From positions 85,995 to 149,994 of the forward strand of contig DDWQ01000011.1 in the NCBI GenBank assembly GCA_002345745.1: 64,000 bases of DNA, given 5' to 3'. This document shows positions 28,833 through 38,259 of the stretch, in pieces. Numbering within the stretch: position 1 is the stretch's first letter; each line of letters starts with the position of its first letter. The DNA is from Candidatus Moranbacteria bacterium UBA2282 (GTDB lineage Bacteria; Patescibacteriota; Minisyncoccia; Moranbacterales; UBA2206). A program made the position numbers and the translations under genes. The notes under the pieces were generated by a model. The model was not told the DNA's origin. It made no database searches and saw only the letters and a list, made by a program, of their open reading frames with translations.

Positions 28833-29825
28833 CTACACTTCACTAATTACATCAAATCCCTTGAAGCTTCCGGTAATTGAGAGTCCAATAACCTTTTTTG
28901 CAATTCCCTTTTGCTTGATTTGCAAAGCAGTTTCATTGAGCGTCGCCCCTGACCCAACAGCATCATCAATCAACAGAACATTATCAAATACTCCACGCTC
29001 ATCCACAATAATCGTATTTCTGGCATTCTCAATACGATCACTCAATTTAGTGAGGGTTTTTTGCGGAACAATAATCTCAGTCTTGATTTTGACAATAGAA
29101 ACTCTGCGAACATGCTCATGTAGATTCTTTTCCAATTCTTTCATAAGTTGCACTTCACGTTTCACTGTCGGTGGAATAAATCCAATTCCATCAATTTTAT
29201 ATCTTACAATGAGTTCATCGATTCTTGATTTGACGTCACTTGTCAATTCACGCATCAATTTTTTATCCTGACTCTGTTTGGCATACAAAAGCAATTGTCC
29301 AAGTTTTGTTTTGCCGAATCTTTCAATACTATAAAAATCCAAATAAAAAACCTTATCCAGTCCAACTTTTTCAAATGTAGCTTTGAACTTTTCAATCCCA
29401 TCAATGACACTATTTTTCTTGAATGCATTATATTTTTCTAGAGTTTTGACATATTCAACGGCAGTTTTCTCAACTGACTGATTTGTTCTCCCGCACCAAT
29501 ATTCAAAACCATCCACTCCTTGCTTGCGTTCTCCTGAAGGCGAAATAAAAAGAAAATTTTCTTCTATAATTTTTTTAATATTATCACCAATAATAAAAGG
29601 ACTTTTTTTTGCAAAAAACTCGTCACTAATCATATAAAAAACCTTTGGTGACTTACCAATCTTACTCAGTGTGTTATCAGCAATCAAATTAGCCAACTGT
29701 TTGAAAACAGCTCTTTCGCTAATTAACAAATAATCAACAAGTTCACTAGCCGTTACTTGTTTTTTTGCCTGTATATATTCAACAATTTTTTCTGCAGTAG
29801 TTTTTTTCATAAGTTCATAGTTCAT
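28833..29825 (-). CDS. Winged-helix plus phosphoribosyltransferase (PRTase, type I)-domain protein
   Basis: C-terminal NVLLIDDAVGSGATL PRPP-binding motif. The N-terminal roughly 60 aa are wHTH-like. Confidence 0.6.
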   Translation of the reverse strand: MNYELMKKTTAEKIVEYIQAKKQVTASELVDYLLISERAVFKQLANLIADNTLSKIGKSPKVFYMISDEFFAKKSPFIIGDNIKKIIEENFLFISPSGERKQGVDGFEYWCGRTNQSVEKTAVEYVKTLEKYNAFKKNSVIDGIEKFKATFEKVGLDKVFYLDFYSIERFGKTKLGQLLLYAKQSQDKKLMRELTSDVKSRIDELIVRYKIDGIGFIPPTVKREVQLMKELEKNLHEHVRRVSIVKIKTEIIVPQKTLTKLSDRIENARNTIIVDERGVFDNVLLIDDAVGSGATLNETALQIKQKGIAKKVIGLSITGSFKGFDVISEV

Positions 29826-30010
29826 ACTTAACTATGAACCAATATAACATATTTATATCTTTTGTCAATACCTCAATTTTATGGCTTAATACAGCCCACT
29901 TTACCCAAGCCATCTTTTCCAAAATGGCTGGCGCAGAAAGGCAGGAGAGAAAAATTCGTCGTGGGTGAGATACTAACTTAGGCAAACTTAGGACGGTCCT
30001 AAGGAATATC
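29822..30010. repeat. Copy A of a roughly 185-bp repeated element ending in REP-A
   Basis: Near-identical to 30987..31175. Contains the GCCATcttttccaaaATGGC hairpin and ends gtgggtgagatactaacttaggcaaacttaggacggtcctaagg. Confidence 0.7.
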
Positions 30011-30060
30011 GTGGATGAGATACTAACTTAGGCGAACTTAGGACGGTCCTAAGGAATATT
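29961..30060. repeat. 50-bp tandem duplication carrying two REP-A cores
   Basis: The unit gtggDtgagatactaacttaggcRaacttaggacggtcctaaggaatat occurs twice. Confidence 0.7.
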
Positions 30061-30065
30061 ATCTT

Positions 30066-30285
30066 GCAGTTGTCAATACCTGAATTTTATGGCTTAAAAT
30101 TAGGATTTTTCTGCTCTTTTCACTGAGGACGATCCTAGAGAATAGCGACGCTTATCCAAGCCATCTTTTCCAAAATGGCTGGTGCAGAAAAGCAGGGGAG
30201 AAAAATTCATCGTGGGTGAGATACTAACTTAGGCAAACTTACTTAGGACTACGAACTTAGGACGGTCCTAAGTAAACTAAGTAAA
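30066..30285. repeat. Diverged copy B of the 185-bp element plus an extended REP-A
   Basis: Shares ttgtcaatacctSaattttatggcttaa and ccaagccatcttttccaaaatggctgg...gtgggtgagatactaacttaggcaaactta with copies A and C. Ends in acttaggactacgaacttaggacggtcctaagtaaactaagtaa. Confidence 0.6.
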
Positions 30286-30286
30286 T

Positions 30287-30916
30287 CTAATCTTCCAAAT
30301 AAAACTTGCTCATTTCTTTTCGCTCTTTCATGCCAACGACTTTTTCCATACAGAAAACACTGTAATCTTCCGCATTTTTGAATTGTCCAAGCACTTCATC
30401 TTTTTGACATCCAATCCCCGATTTTCCCATATATTCTGAGAAACTGCACCATGGATATTTTTCAGCTTTTTCAATGCCATGAATTTGACTATTGCAATTC
30501 ACATACGCCGACATATACAAAAGTAAATCATTTGAATTTATGTGCACAGACTTGAATCTTCCCTGAAATAAAACTCCTGATCGATTATATCTTTTGTTAA
30601 AATACATAGCATAGCCAGTGCCAATCTTTTTCATAAACATCGCAATACCGTTTTCTTTATTCTCTCTTAGAATGAGATGGAAATGATTTTGATTTAAGCA
30701 ATATGACACCACATCAACCAATCTTTCTTCTGGTCTTGGACGAACCTTATCCTCATCTCTCATTTGAATTGGATTTTCAGTATTAAAAAATATCAAAGAC
30801 CTAAGCAGACGGGTATAATCCGTATTCCGCTTGAATATTTGTCTTTTTTCTACTCCACGATTGAAGATATGATAATATTCGCCAATCGTGAAAAATTCTC
30901 TTCGTTGCATAAACAA
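30287..30916 (-). CDS. REP-associated tyrosine transposase (RAYT; IS200/IS605 TnpA-like HuH Y1 enzyme), copy 1
   Basis: EYYHIFNRG, the HuH motif NHFHLIL, and GRFKSVHINSNDLLLYMSAYVNCN (catalytic Tyr region). REP-A palindromes flank it on both sides. Confidence 0.75.
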   Translation of the reverse strand: MFMQRREFFTIGEYYHIFNRGVEKRQIFKRNTDYTRLLRSLIFFNTENPIQMRDEDKVRPRPEERLVDVVSYCLNQNHFHLILRENKENGIAMFMKKIGTGYAMYFNKRYNRSGVLFQGRFKSVHINSNDLLLYMSAYVNCNSQIHGIEKAEKYPWCSFSEYMGKSGIGCQKDEVLGQFKNAEDYSVFCMEKVVGMKERKEMSKFYLED

Positions 30917-30961
30917 ATTCTAGCACAAAGCGCCTTCTATACCTAGACTTACTTAGGCAAA

Positions 30962-30979
30962 CTTAGGACGGTCCTAGGG
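30962..30979. repeat. REP-A copy (upstream of RAYT-1)
   Basis: cttaggacggtcctaggg. Confidence 0.7.
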
Positions 30980-30986
30980 AATATAG

Positions 30987-31175
30987 TTCATACTTAACTA
31001 TGAACCAATATAACATATTTATATCTTTTGTCAATACCTCAATTTTATGGCTTAATACAGCCCACTTTACCCAAGCCATCTTTTCCAAAATGGCTGGCGC
31101 AGAAAGGCAGGAGAGAAAAATTCGTCGTGGGTGAGATACTAACTTAGGCAAACTTAGGACGGTCCTAGGGAATAG
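30987..31175. repeat. Copy C of the 185-bp element ending in REP-A
   Basis: Near-identical to 29822..30010. Confidence 0.7.
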
Positions 31176-31627
31176 TGGTAACAGTTTCGGCAAGGTTTCA
31201 TAAAAAGTTTGTCGACGATGATTGATACCAAAATATTCTTTGAGCAATTCAATTGATTGTAATTTTGATGCTGGCTGGATAATTCGCATAATTACCAAAT
31301 CATGCAAGAGTGTATTGCCAACAGCGGTAAATTTAAAACGATCAAGTAGTTTGATTAAAATTTCATAGATAAAATTGTAACGAAATCCGATGTATTCACA
31401 TTTATCCAAAATGGCAAAGCTGTGTTGTTCCTCAACTTTATCAAACAAGCTCTGTTGCTTGGTTGTTTTTTAACCCAAGCCCCGGCAATTTTTAGAAGTG
31501 CATCAATTTCTTCATTTGTGCGACCACTGCCAATATGCTTGGACAGTGTCATTTTGCGTTCAAGGTAACTTACAACTTGCACAGCTGTTGCTCCGGAAGC
31601 AGTTTTAGTTTTACGAATATGATACAT
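31176..31627 (-). pseudogene. IS1634/IS4-superfamily transposase remnant (N-terminal part, frameshifted and truncated by the 185-bp element)
   Basis: ORF 31355..31627 begins MYHIRKTKTASGATAVQVVSYLERK..HIGSG, as IS1634 transposases do. It continues in another frame (31176..31448); the C-terminal part of that frame is a translated repeat. Confidence 0.5.
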
Positions 31628-31785
31628 GGCAGTACATTACTACCCTTAGTATGACAAAAAACTCTTTTTTTCACAAATTATCCTTTAGTTTAGCTGAAAT
31701 ATTTTTTTGGAAAAATGAGGCGGACAAGTCGGGACCATGGATATTCGGCAATCCAGCCAATATTTTTCAAACTAAAAAACTTCTG

Positions 31786-31801
31786 CCGAGGACGGTCCTA
31801 G
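31786..31801. repeat. Degenerate REP-A copy
   Basis: gaggacggtcctaggg. Confidence 0.5.
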
Positions 31802-31813
31802 GGAATGTTAACT

Positions 31814-31894
31814 TTATCTTGCAATGTTTTTATCAAATCCACGATTAAAAATGTGATAATATTCGCCAATCGCGAAAAATTCTCTTCGTTGCAT
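31814..31894 (-). pseudogene. Duplicated 5' fragment of the RAYT-1 gene (26 codons then a stop)
   Basis: 31836..31963 duplicates 30858..30985. It encodes MQRREFFAIGEYYHIFNRGFDKNIAR*. Confidence 0.6.
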
Positions 31895-31932
31895 AAACAA
31901 ATTCTAGCACAAAGCGCCTTCTATACCTAGAC

Positions 31933-32412
31933 TTACTTAGGCAAACTTAGGACGGTCCTAGGGAATAAAGCGATATTTCCATAGGTTCTAAAAAAGGAAT
32001 ATCCGTACAATTTAGAATTTTTCATAAATCGAGATCCAAGAATGGCTGCTAGTTCATCATTTCGCTCAATTTCACTGATAAAATTGTTAATTTCCTGTGT
32101 TTTTGCCTGATCATCGCCATGCAAAATGATCACATAATCCATTCCATTTTCAAAGCCAAAATTGAAGGCAACCTTGTGAGATCCTCCTAAACCATAATTA
32201 TTATCATTTCTAAAGACATTAAATTTATCATGGCCAATTGTTTTTGTTTTTATCGCATTAATTGCTGAATTTATAGTATCATCCTTGCTTTGATTATCTA
32301 TGATAATCACTTTCTCAATCTTATCCAATAGATTTTCATCAAAACCAGCAATTACCCGCTTTATTTGGATTTCACAATTATAACAAGGAATCGCCACTAA
32401 TATTTTTGACAT
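31933..32412 (-). pseudogene. GT2 glycosyltransferase truncated after about 150 aa by the REP/RAYT-fragment insertion
   Basis: The N-terminus ILVAIPCYNCE...IIIDNQSKDDT...HGDD is a GT2 A-domain. The last 10 codons (FPRTVLSLPK) are a translated REP-A. There are no C-terminal TM helices. Confidence 0.5.
31946..31963. repeat. REP-A copy
   Basis: cttaggacggtcctaggg. Confidence 0.7.
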
Positions 32413-32413
32413 A

Positions 32414-33109
32414 TTATTTTATATTATTTGAGGTTAGTAAATCATAAGCGGATTTAAAGGAAACTGCACTAACTTCTAAAATAATCGGATCGGAAGAAAT
32501 TTTATGCCTCAATCCAATCATATCTTTTTTATAGTTTTTCAGAGCCTCCTCTTTATTTTGGGGCAATTTAGAAATTCTAGCAATACTTAGATGCAATATA
32601 TTTTTCATCTTAATCGGTTTTAATCCGCATTTCTCATATATGTGCCCCAATTCCAATCTTACTCTTTCAATTTCTTCTGGCATATCAGTCGAAGTCAACA
32701 AAACATTTTCCTTATCTATTAAAATATATTTAAATTGAATTTGAATGCCGGAAAGATTTTGAATGTTCTCTTTAAATTCACCGCTTTCAATAATTTCTTT
32801 AAAAATTTTTTCTCTATCTGAAACTTGAATGCCCTCAAATAATCCCTCTAGCAAAGTTGAGTGAAAAGGATAATCTTTACCGCCTAAAATAAAACCGACT
32901 TCATTTTCTTTCCCGATTATTTCTATATTAGATGCTATCCGTTGATTTATTTGGTCATTGGATTCATCAGAAAATAAGATAGCACAATTCAATCTATTTT
33001 TTAGATCCTCTGAAAATCCATTAAATATTTTAATGTTCTCGGCATCATTGAGAGACTTTCTCCCAGAATAATCTATGCCAGCATATTTTATTATTGTTTC
33101 TTTGAACAT
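32414..33109 (-). CDS. Putative 2H-phosphoesterase superfamily protein (LigT/CPDase-like)
   Basis: Two H-x-S/T-x motifs, PFHSTLLEG and ILHLSIARI, about 90 aa apart as in LigT. Otherwise unrecognised. Confidence 0.4.
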   Translation of the reverse strand: MFKETIIKYAGIDYSGRKSLNDAENIKIFNGFSEDLKNRLNCAILFSDESNDQINQRIASNIEIIGKENEVGFILGGKDYPFHSTLLEGLFEGIQVSDREKIFKEIIESGEFKENIQNLSGIQIQFKYILIDKENVLLTSTDMPEEIERVRLELGHIYEKCGLKPIKMKNILHLSIARISKLPQNKEEALKNYKKDMIGLRHKISSDPIILEVSAVSFKSAYDLLTSNNIK

Positions 33110-33122
33110 ACCCTTACTTTAT

Positions 33123-33479
33123 TTATTTAAAAACAAATTTTAATCTAAACCAAAAATTCCAGAAAAATGTAACAGCCATCGATATGAATTTTCCAATATA
33201 TGGCAATAATTTGAAATGCTCAACACAAATAATGGTAATAAAAATCTGCAATAAAACTCCAAAAATACTCCCAACAAAAATCATTATTATTTCCTTTCCA
33301 ATTTTTTCTGATCCATTTTTAAAAACAATCTTCTTACTAAAATACCAATTTAGAACTGTAGCTATCACAAAACTAATCACTATGGCAATAACATAATATA
33401 TCTGTAAATAACTATTCAAAAATATGAAAGCTTCCATCTCAAATGCGACAAGAACAAGTGCGACAGCAAAATATCTCAC
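33123..33479 (-). CDS. GtrA-family small membrane protein (polyprenol-P-sugar flippase-like)
   Basis: 118 aa with 4 TM helices and the C-terminal WNFWFRLKFVFK pattern of GtrA. The start is taken at the internal Met (MVRYFAV) to avoid overlapping the upstream gene. ORF track 33123..33575. Confidence 0.55.
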   Translation of the reverse strand: MRYFAVALVLVAFEMEAFIFLNSYLQIYYVIAIVISFVIATVLNWYFSKKIVFKNGSEKIGKEIIMIFVGSIFGVLLQIFITIICVEHFKLLPYIGKFISMAVTFFWNFWFRLKFVFK

Positions 33480-33516
33480 CATCTTTTCATAAATAAAATT
33501 AAATTTATTCACATAA

Positions 33517-35682
33517 TTATATAATATCTTCATGTATAAAATCATCGTAAAATTCATTAAGTAACCTAATTGCAACGCTATAGAATGCTAAAAAAGTTTC
33601 TGGGTTTATCTTTGCTCGGTATGTTAACATTCTGAAATAATGGATAGCTTCATGAAATTTTATCAACTTTAACCTATCATGTGTTAAATTTTCAGATAGT
33701 ATTTTTTCTAAATGCAGGAATAACTCAGAATATTTTGAAGAAATATTCTCTTCAAAATAAATCTCATTTCCATTGTATCGAACACTTTCCAACATGCATA
33801 AAAATTCATACCCAGAATGCAATGATTGATAGAGCTTTGCATAGTCAACTAATGGATCGGAGATATAATTTTCATTATTAGGATCCAATAATATAAACTT
33901 GCCCTCATTTACTATAATATTATCAACTGTCAAATCTCCATGCAACGAGGTTTGATAATATCTTGAGATAGATTGCATTATCCTTTCATTGCTGGTTATT
34001 TTTTCCATTATTATAGAAAAATTATCATACTCCTTTCCATTTATAATTATTTTTGGATAATCTATAATTTGAGGAAGTTGATGATTTAAAACCAAGCAAT
34101 CATTAACTTTATCAAATATCTTTGTTTTTATATAATAATCTAGATTTTTAACTGATTCAATAATTTCTCCACTAGAATATAGCTCCTTATTAACAAAAAT
34201 TATAACGTCCTCTAATATTTTTTTGCTTACATCTATATTACTTGAGTGAATAAAATCAAAAAATGGAATATATTCTTTATTATATTCTATATCAATTGAA
34301 TAAGATACTTCGTCTTTTTCACATCCAATTATATTGGGAATATTTTCCAAATGCTGCCGTTCCTTTATCCAATTATATTGATCTTCTAATTTAGCTGCGT
34401 GCTGTAAGAGAGTTATCTTTCGTACACACTCTCTCTCACCATTCCACGCCAAGATAGTAACCGCATTCGACCCGCCCTTAAACGTTTTCAAAAGTCGTGT
34501 TTTATCCGATATTTCTTGCAAACTAATAATCCGTGCGATTTCTAGATTTTTAAAATATGCATCTAAAAAATAGCTCATTTCATTCGAAATATCCTCATAT
34601 CTAAATAACTTATTCATATATTTACCACTCGCATCCCCAGCTATCTCCTTCGCGCTAAAAAAATCAAATATTCCATATTGTCTAAGACCATTACCAAAAA
34701 GAAATAGTGCTCCAATTATGGATATCGGAATAACAAGAATCACCCACGAAATCAGAGAGAAAGATAATATATTTTCTTTCTGAGATATTATATTGCTCAC
34801 TATAATTGTCAAATAATAATGATATGTCCCAACATACGCTGGCCCAGATGGAATAGAGGCGCTAATGTATGAGGCAAGTGATATCAATAAATTCTTAGCA
34901 ACATCTCCATTTTTAAATACTACCTTTGCCAATAACAGGAGGGACTCCACATAAAATATCCACATCAATACAGACAAGGCTACATATTTTTTAATACTTA
35001 CTTTTTGGTATATTGTATTTATTCCATAAATAACAGACCAGATAATAAATCTTAACTTATCTTTTATTTTATTATTAAAAAGATTTGTTAATTTATAAAA
35101 GAATTTAAGAAGCATTTTGTTTTGAACATATAATTCAAATATTACAATCAATATAACCAGAGAAATCGCAATCATAGCAATAATAAACGGAAGCAGGATG
35201 GATATAAAATTCAGAGCTACTTTAACATTTCCACCCACAAGAAGCGCAACGGCAACTCCAGCCAACACGATAATCACATCAATTGATCTTTCAAATAAAA
35301 TCGTTATAAAAACGACTGTGCGGCTAATATTGAGCTTTTTTCCGATTACATGCGCCCGCATAAGCTCTCCCATTCTAAAAGGTAATATGGAATTAAATAG
35401 AAAACCTATCCCTAGGGACTTAAATAAAAATAAACTATTTGTGTTTTTAATTGGATTAATTAATAATGATGACTTGTATGCTCTTAAATAATGACCGACC
35501 ATTTGAAGCAACACGATTAAAATAAGCAGTAAAATACTAGGGTGAAAAAAATTTTCGTCCCGTAGATCAATATTAAATTGGCTAAAAAATCTAATTAGGT
35601 AAAATAGACTTACCACTGTGCCAATAAAAAAAATGCTCAATAATAGTTTTTTGCTTTTTAACATCATATTTATACCATTCAA
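33517..35682 (-). CDS. Fusion protein: N-terminal flippase-like LPG-synthase-TM domain plus C-terminal APH/choline-kinase-like phosphotransferase domain
   Basis: The N-terminal 330 aa are polytopic and carry the ILPFRMGELMRAHVI (P-x-R-x-GE-x-x-R) hallmark. The C-terminal part carries HGDLTVDNIIV and LLDPNN (the APH catalytic and Mg-binding loops). Confidence 0.6.
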   Translation of the reverse strand: MNGINMMLKSKKLLLSIFFIGTVVSLFYLIRFFSQFNIDLRDENFFHPSILLLILIVLLQMVGHYLRAYKSSLLINPIKNTNSLFLFKSLGIGFLFNSILPFRMGELMRAHVIGKKLNISRTVVFITILFERSIDVIIVLAGVAVALLVGGNVKVALNFISILLPFIIAMIAISLVILIVIFELYVQNKMLLKFFYKLTNLFNNKIKDKLRFIIWSVIYGINTIYQKVSIKKYVALSVLMWIFYVESLLLLAKVVFKNGDVAKNLLISLASYISASIPSGPAYVGTYHYYLTIIVSNIISQKENILSFSLISWVILVIPISIIGALFLFGNGLRQYGIFDFFSAKEIAGDASGKYMNKLFRYEDISNEMSYFLDAYFKNLEIARIISLQEISDKTRLLKTFKGGSNAVTILAWNGERECVRKITLLQHAAKLEDQYNWIKERQHLENIPNIIGCEKDEVSYSIDIEYNKEYIPFFDFIHSSNIDVSKKILEDVIIFVNKELYSSGEIIESVKNLDYYIKTKIFDKVNDCLVLNHQLPQIIDYPKIIINGKEYDNFSIIMEKITSNERIMQSISRYYQTSLHGDLTVDNIIVNEGKFILLDPNNENYISDPLVDYAKLYQSLHSGYEFLCMLESVRYNGNEIYFEENISSKYSELFLHLEKILSENLTHDRLKLIKFHEAIHYFRMLTYRAKINPETFLAFYSVAIRLLNEFYDDFIHEDII

Positions 35683-35698
35683 CCTAAAAATTTTATAG

Positions 35699-36859
35699 TT
35701 ATTTTTTAATTATTATTTCAAGAATTTTCTCTATATTTTCAACTTGTTTTTTTGGAGAATATTTTTCAAGACAATAATCATTTGCAGATAAAATCAAAGA
35801 TTGATCTATCCCCTTTTCATATACAGTCTTAATGGTTGAATACCAATCACCTTCCTCACATAAATATCCATTTTTTTCATTATTAATATTTTCTTTATAT
35901 ACAAAGGTAGGTATTGCACATGTTATCGTTCCAACCACAGCAGCTTCAAAAAATTTTAATTCTGACTTGCAATTGGTAAATTCATTGTCCACTAATGGTA
36001 CAATATTAACATCAACTTCTGATATCTTTCTTTGTAATGTCAAAAAATCAACAAAGGGACGGTGAATTATTCTTTTTTTATTAGCTAAATCTTTCATATT
36101 ATCAGGAAATTCCATATAGCCAGTTACTTCCAATGTAATATTAGGACAATCCTCGAGCAATCTAATCATCTCACTTGAAATTTTTTTAAAATCATTTATA
36201 TGGGAAGGTGTTCCACTAAAATATCCAACTCTAAAAAATTTCTTTTTCTGAATTCTCTCTTTACTTTTTTGTGAAAACAACCTAGCTGAAATTTTAATCT
36301 GCTCATTATTTAAAAAATTGTTTACAATAAAAACTGGTTTCTTAAACGTATTTTCGATTTTATCACACAAAAATTTATTTGTACCTATAAAAAAATCACA
36401 TTTCTTCCCCATAAGCCACAACCTAGAAACATAAGAAAACCAATAGGAATAATTTTCTGGATTGTTAAAATCAATATTTAACGTATTCATTATTAGTGGG
36501 ATCTTTTCAACATCAAAAACTAAATCATCGGTATCAAATACTATTGGTTTTGTTGCTTTTTTAATCTTATTTATGAATTCATCTATCCGTATTGACCATC
36601 TCGTTCGCACAAAAATGAATATATCAACTTTTTCAATATATTCACCTAATAACGGTAATTCATCTTCAAAGAAATACGAACCCACCCATTTGGAGCTATA
36701 GTCTAGGGATTGGCACATATTGTACACACGATATCTAAATGTACTTGAATCGGCTTTTTCATAAATATAAACAACTCTTTGTTTGATATTTTCTTTTTTT
36801 AATATCTCTAATCTTTCCCAAAAAGAAATATTCCAAGGCTCACTATTAATCTTTTCCAT
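35699..36859 (-). CDS. Putative GT-B glycosyltransferase (GT4-like), paralog of 52370..53551
   Basis: Shares FDTDDLVFD, RVGYFSGTPSH and SELKFFEAAVVG motifs with the paralog. C-terminal E..EA..G pattern. Confidence 0.5.
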   Translation of the reverse strand: MEKINSEPWNISFWERLEILKKENIKQRVVYIYEKADSSTFRYRVYNMCQSLDYSSKWVGSYFFEDELPLLGEYIEKVDIFIFVRTRWSIRIDEFINKIKKATKPIVFDTDDLVFDVEKIPLIMNTLNIDFNNPENYSYWFSYVSRLWLMGKKCDFFIGTNKFLCDKIENTFKKPVFIVNNFLNNEQIKISARLFSQKSKERIQKKKFFRVGYFSGTPSHINDFKKISSEMIRLLEDCPNITLEVTGYMEFPDNMKDLANKKRIIHRPFVDFLTLQRKISEVDVNIVPLVDNEFTNCKSELKFFEAAVVGTITCAIPTFVYKENINNEKNGYLCEEGDWYSTIKTVYEKGIDQSLILSANDYCLEKYSPKKQVENIEKILEIIIKK

Positions 36860-36885
36860 ATTATTTTTTTATAACAGCTTCTTAA

Positions 36886-38256
36886 CTATTTATTTTCATG
36901 CATAAATTCAAGAACTTTTTCAAAACTTTTTCCCCAATCTCTCTCTATATTATTTTTTTGAAAATTAACTTCCCTTTTCTGTTCGTCTTTTACCAACGCA
37001 ACCGCCTTGACGAATCCATCCAAAATCGAAGGGGTGTCAAGATCTGAACATATAATGTTTTCAGAATAATATAAGGACTGCTTATTTAAAAATTTATTTG
37101 TTAAAACCACCCCGCCTGAGGCAGCGATGTCTAGCGGTGGATAGCTTGGATGAGGAGTGCTCATAAGACACAATCCCAAATCAACATTTTTTATAAATTC
37201 TGAATATTGCAACCATGTCATCTGTCCTAGAGATATCGATTTCATCCCATTTGAAAATACAACGGAATCGATTTCGGATCCAGCAAAATAAATATCCCAA
37301 TCATCCTTATTGATTATTCCAGCTGAAATAGCCTCTTCTAAAATTTTTATTCCAGTGTAAAACATGTTTCTGGGATTATTTGGTCTTGCGTAAAAAAATA
37401 ATTTATATTTATTTTTTTTATCAATATTTTTAGTATTTCCTGATGAATATATATCTTCCGGAAAAGCTGGTTCAAAATAAATTCCATTCTCTGTCACATT
37501 GTTATGATTATTTTGCAAATAATAATCATAGAGAAGTTTGGAGTTTATAATATATTTAACATTTTTTTTCAATAAGGTAGTTGTACATAAAATCTGCTCG
37601 TCACCACTTGGATAAAAAAATGATTCTACCTCTTGGAGGATATAGAAAAAATCTTTTCTAAAATTAATTTCTTCCACGACTTTTGTTGTCCACCACGATG
37701 TTGATAGATAAATATCTTTATCCGATGTTTCAATGCCAGAATACCTGCCAGAATTATTCCTGTCATAATCAGAAAAATATTCTACCTCTTTTGGGATTGA
37801 GATATTCATTAATTTTAAAAAATCCTCAAAATCAATAGGATTGTTTTCTGTCTCTCGAGTGACTATTCGTAAAGAAAAATTGTATTTATTGGCAAATAAA
37901 GTAGCAAGAATCAATGATGTTGCTACGCCCCCAAATAAACTTTCCTTTTTAACGCTATCTGTGACAATATTTATTCGGTATTTTTCTCTTTCAACTTTTA
38001 TATACTTTATGGGCTGAATATTTCTGAACCTTTCATTATATAAATCACTTGCCATTACCTCCCTCTTAATTAACACATTCACATTTTTTGGGAATGAGAC
38101 AATCTTTAATTGGAGGAAATCTAATGATTTATATAGAAAAGCCTTCAATCCGTATTTTTTCAACACCAAAATCGCTGCGCGAGGAACATCTTTCAGTCGT
38201 ATAGATGGGTTTTTTATTTTATAATTATTGTTCTGCATTTTTTTATTATTATTCAA
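36886..38256 (-). CDS. Hypothetical protein, possibly a GT-B-like glycosyltransferase (RgpF/WsaF-like)
   Basis: FFYARPNNPRNMF and C-terminal MSTPHPSYPPLDIAASGGVVLTNKF resemble rhamnosyltransferase-type GT-B C-domains. Weak call. Confidence 0.35.
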   Translation of the reverse strand: MNNNKKMQNNNYKIKNPSIRLKDVPRAAILVLKKYGLKAFLYKSLDFLQLKIVSFPKNVNVLIKREVMASDLYNERFRNIQPIKYIKVEREKYRINIVTDSVKKESLFGGVATSLILATLFANKYNFSLRIVTRETENNPIDFEDFLKLMNISIPKEVEYFSDYDRNNSGRYSGIETSDKDIYLSTSWWTTKVVEEINFRKDFFYILQEVESFFYPSGDEQILCTTTLLKKNVKYIINSKLLYDYYLQNNHNNVTENGIYFEPAFPEDIYSSGNTKNIDKKNKYKLFFYARPNNPRNMFYTGIKILEEAISAGIINKDDWDIYFAGSEIDSVVFSNGMKSISLGQMTWLQYSEFIKNVDLGLCLMSTPHPSYPPLDIAASGGVVLTNKFLNKQSLYYSENIICSDLDTPSILDGFVKAVALVKDEQKREVNFQKNNIERDWGKSFEKVLEFMHENK

Positions 38257-38259
38257 TAT

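Noticed and set aside
29961-30290. Possible CRISPR array, suggested by closely spaced repeated palindromes.
   Set aside because: The repeats are palindromic REP units with irregular spacing and partially repeated 'spacers'. There are no cas genes. A RAYT is adjacent, which indicates a REP cluster instead.
30963-31175. C-terminal part of ORF 30963..31448 (...FPRTVLSLPK...) and the same peptide at the end of 31933..32412.
   Set aside because: These residues are translations of the REP-A palindrome and the 185-bp repeat, not genuine protein sequence. The ORFs run into the repeats by chance.
31651-31848. Plus-strand ORF 31651..31848 (65 aa).
   Set aside because: It lies across REP and transposase debris with no motifs. 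The minus strand instead shows a RAYT-like C-terminal remnant.
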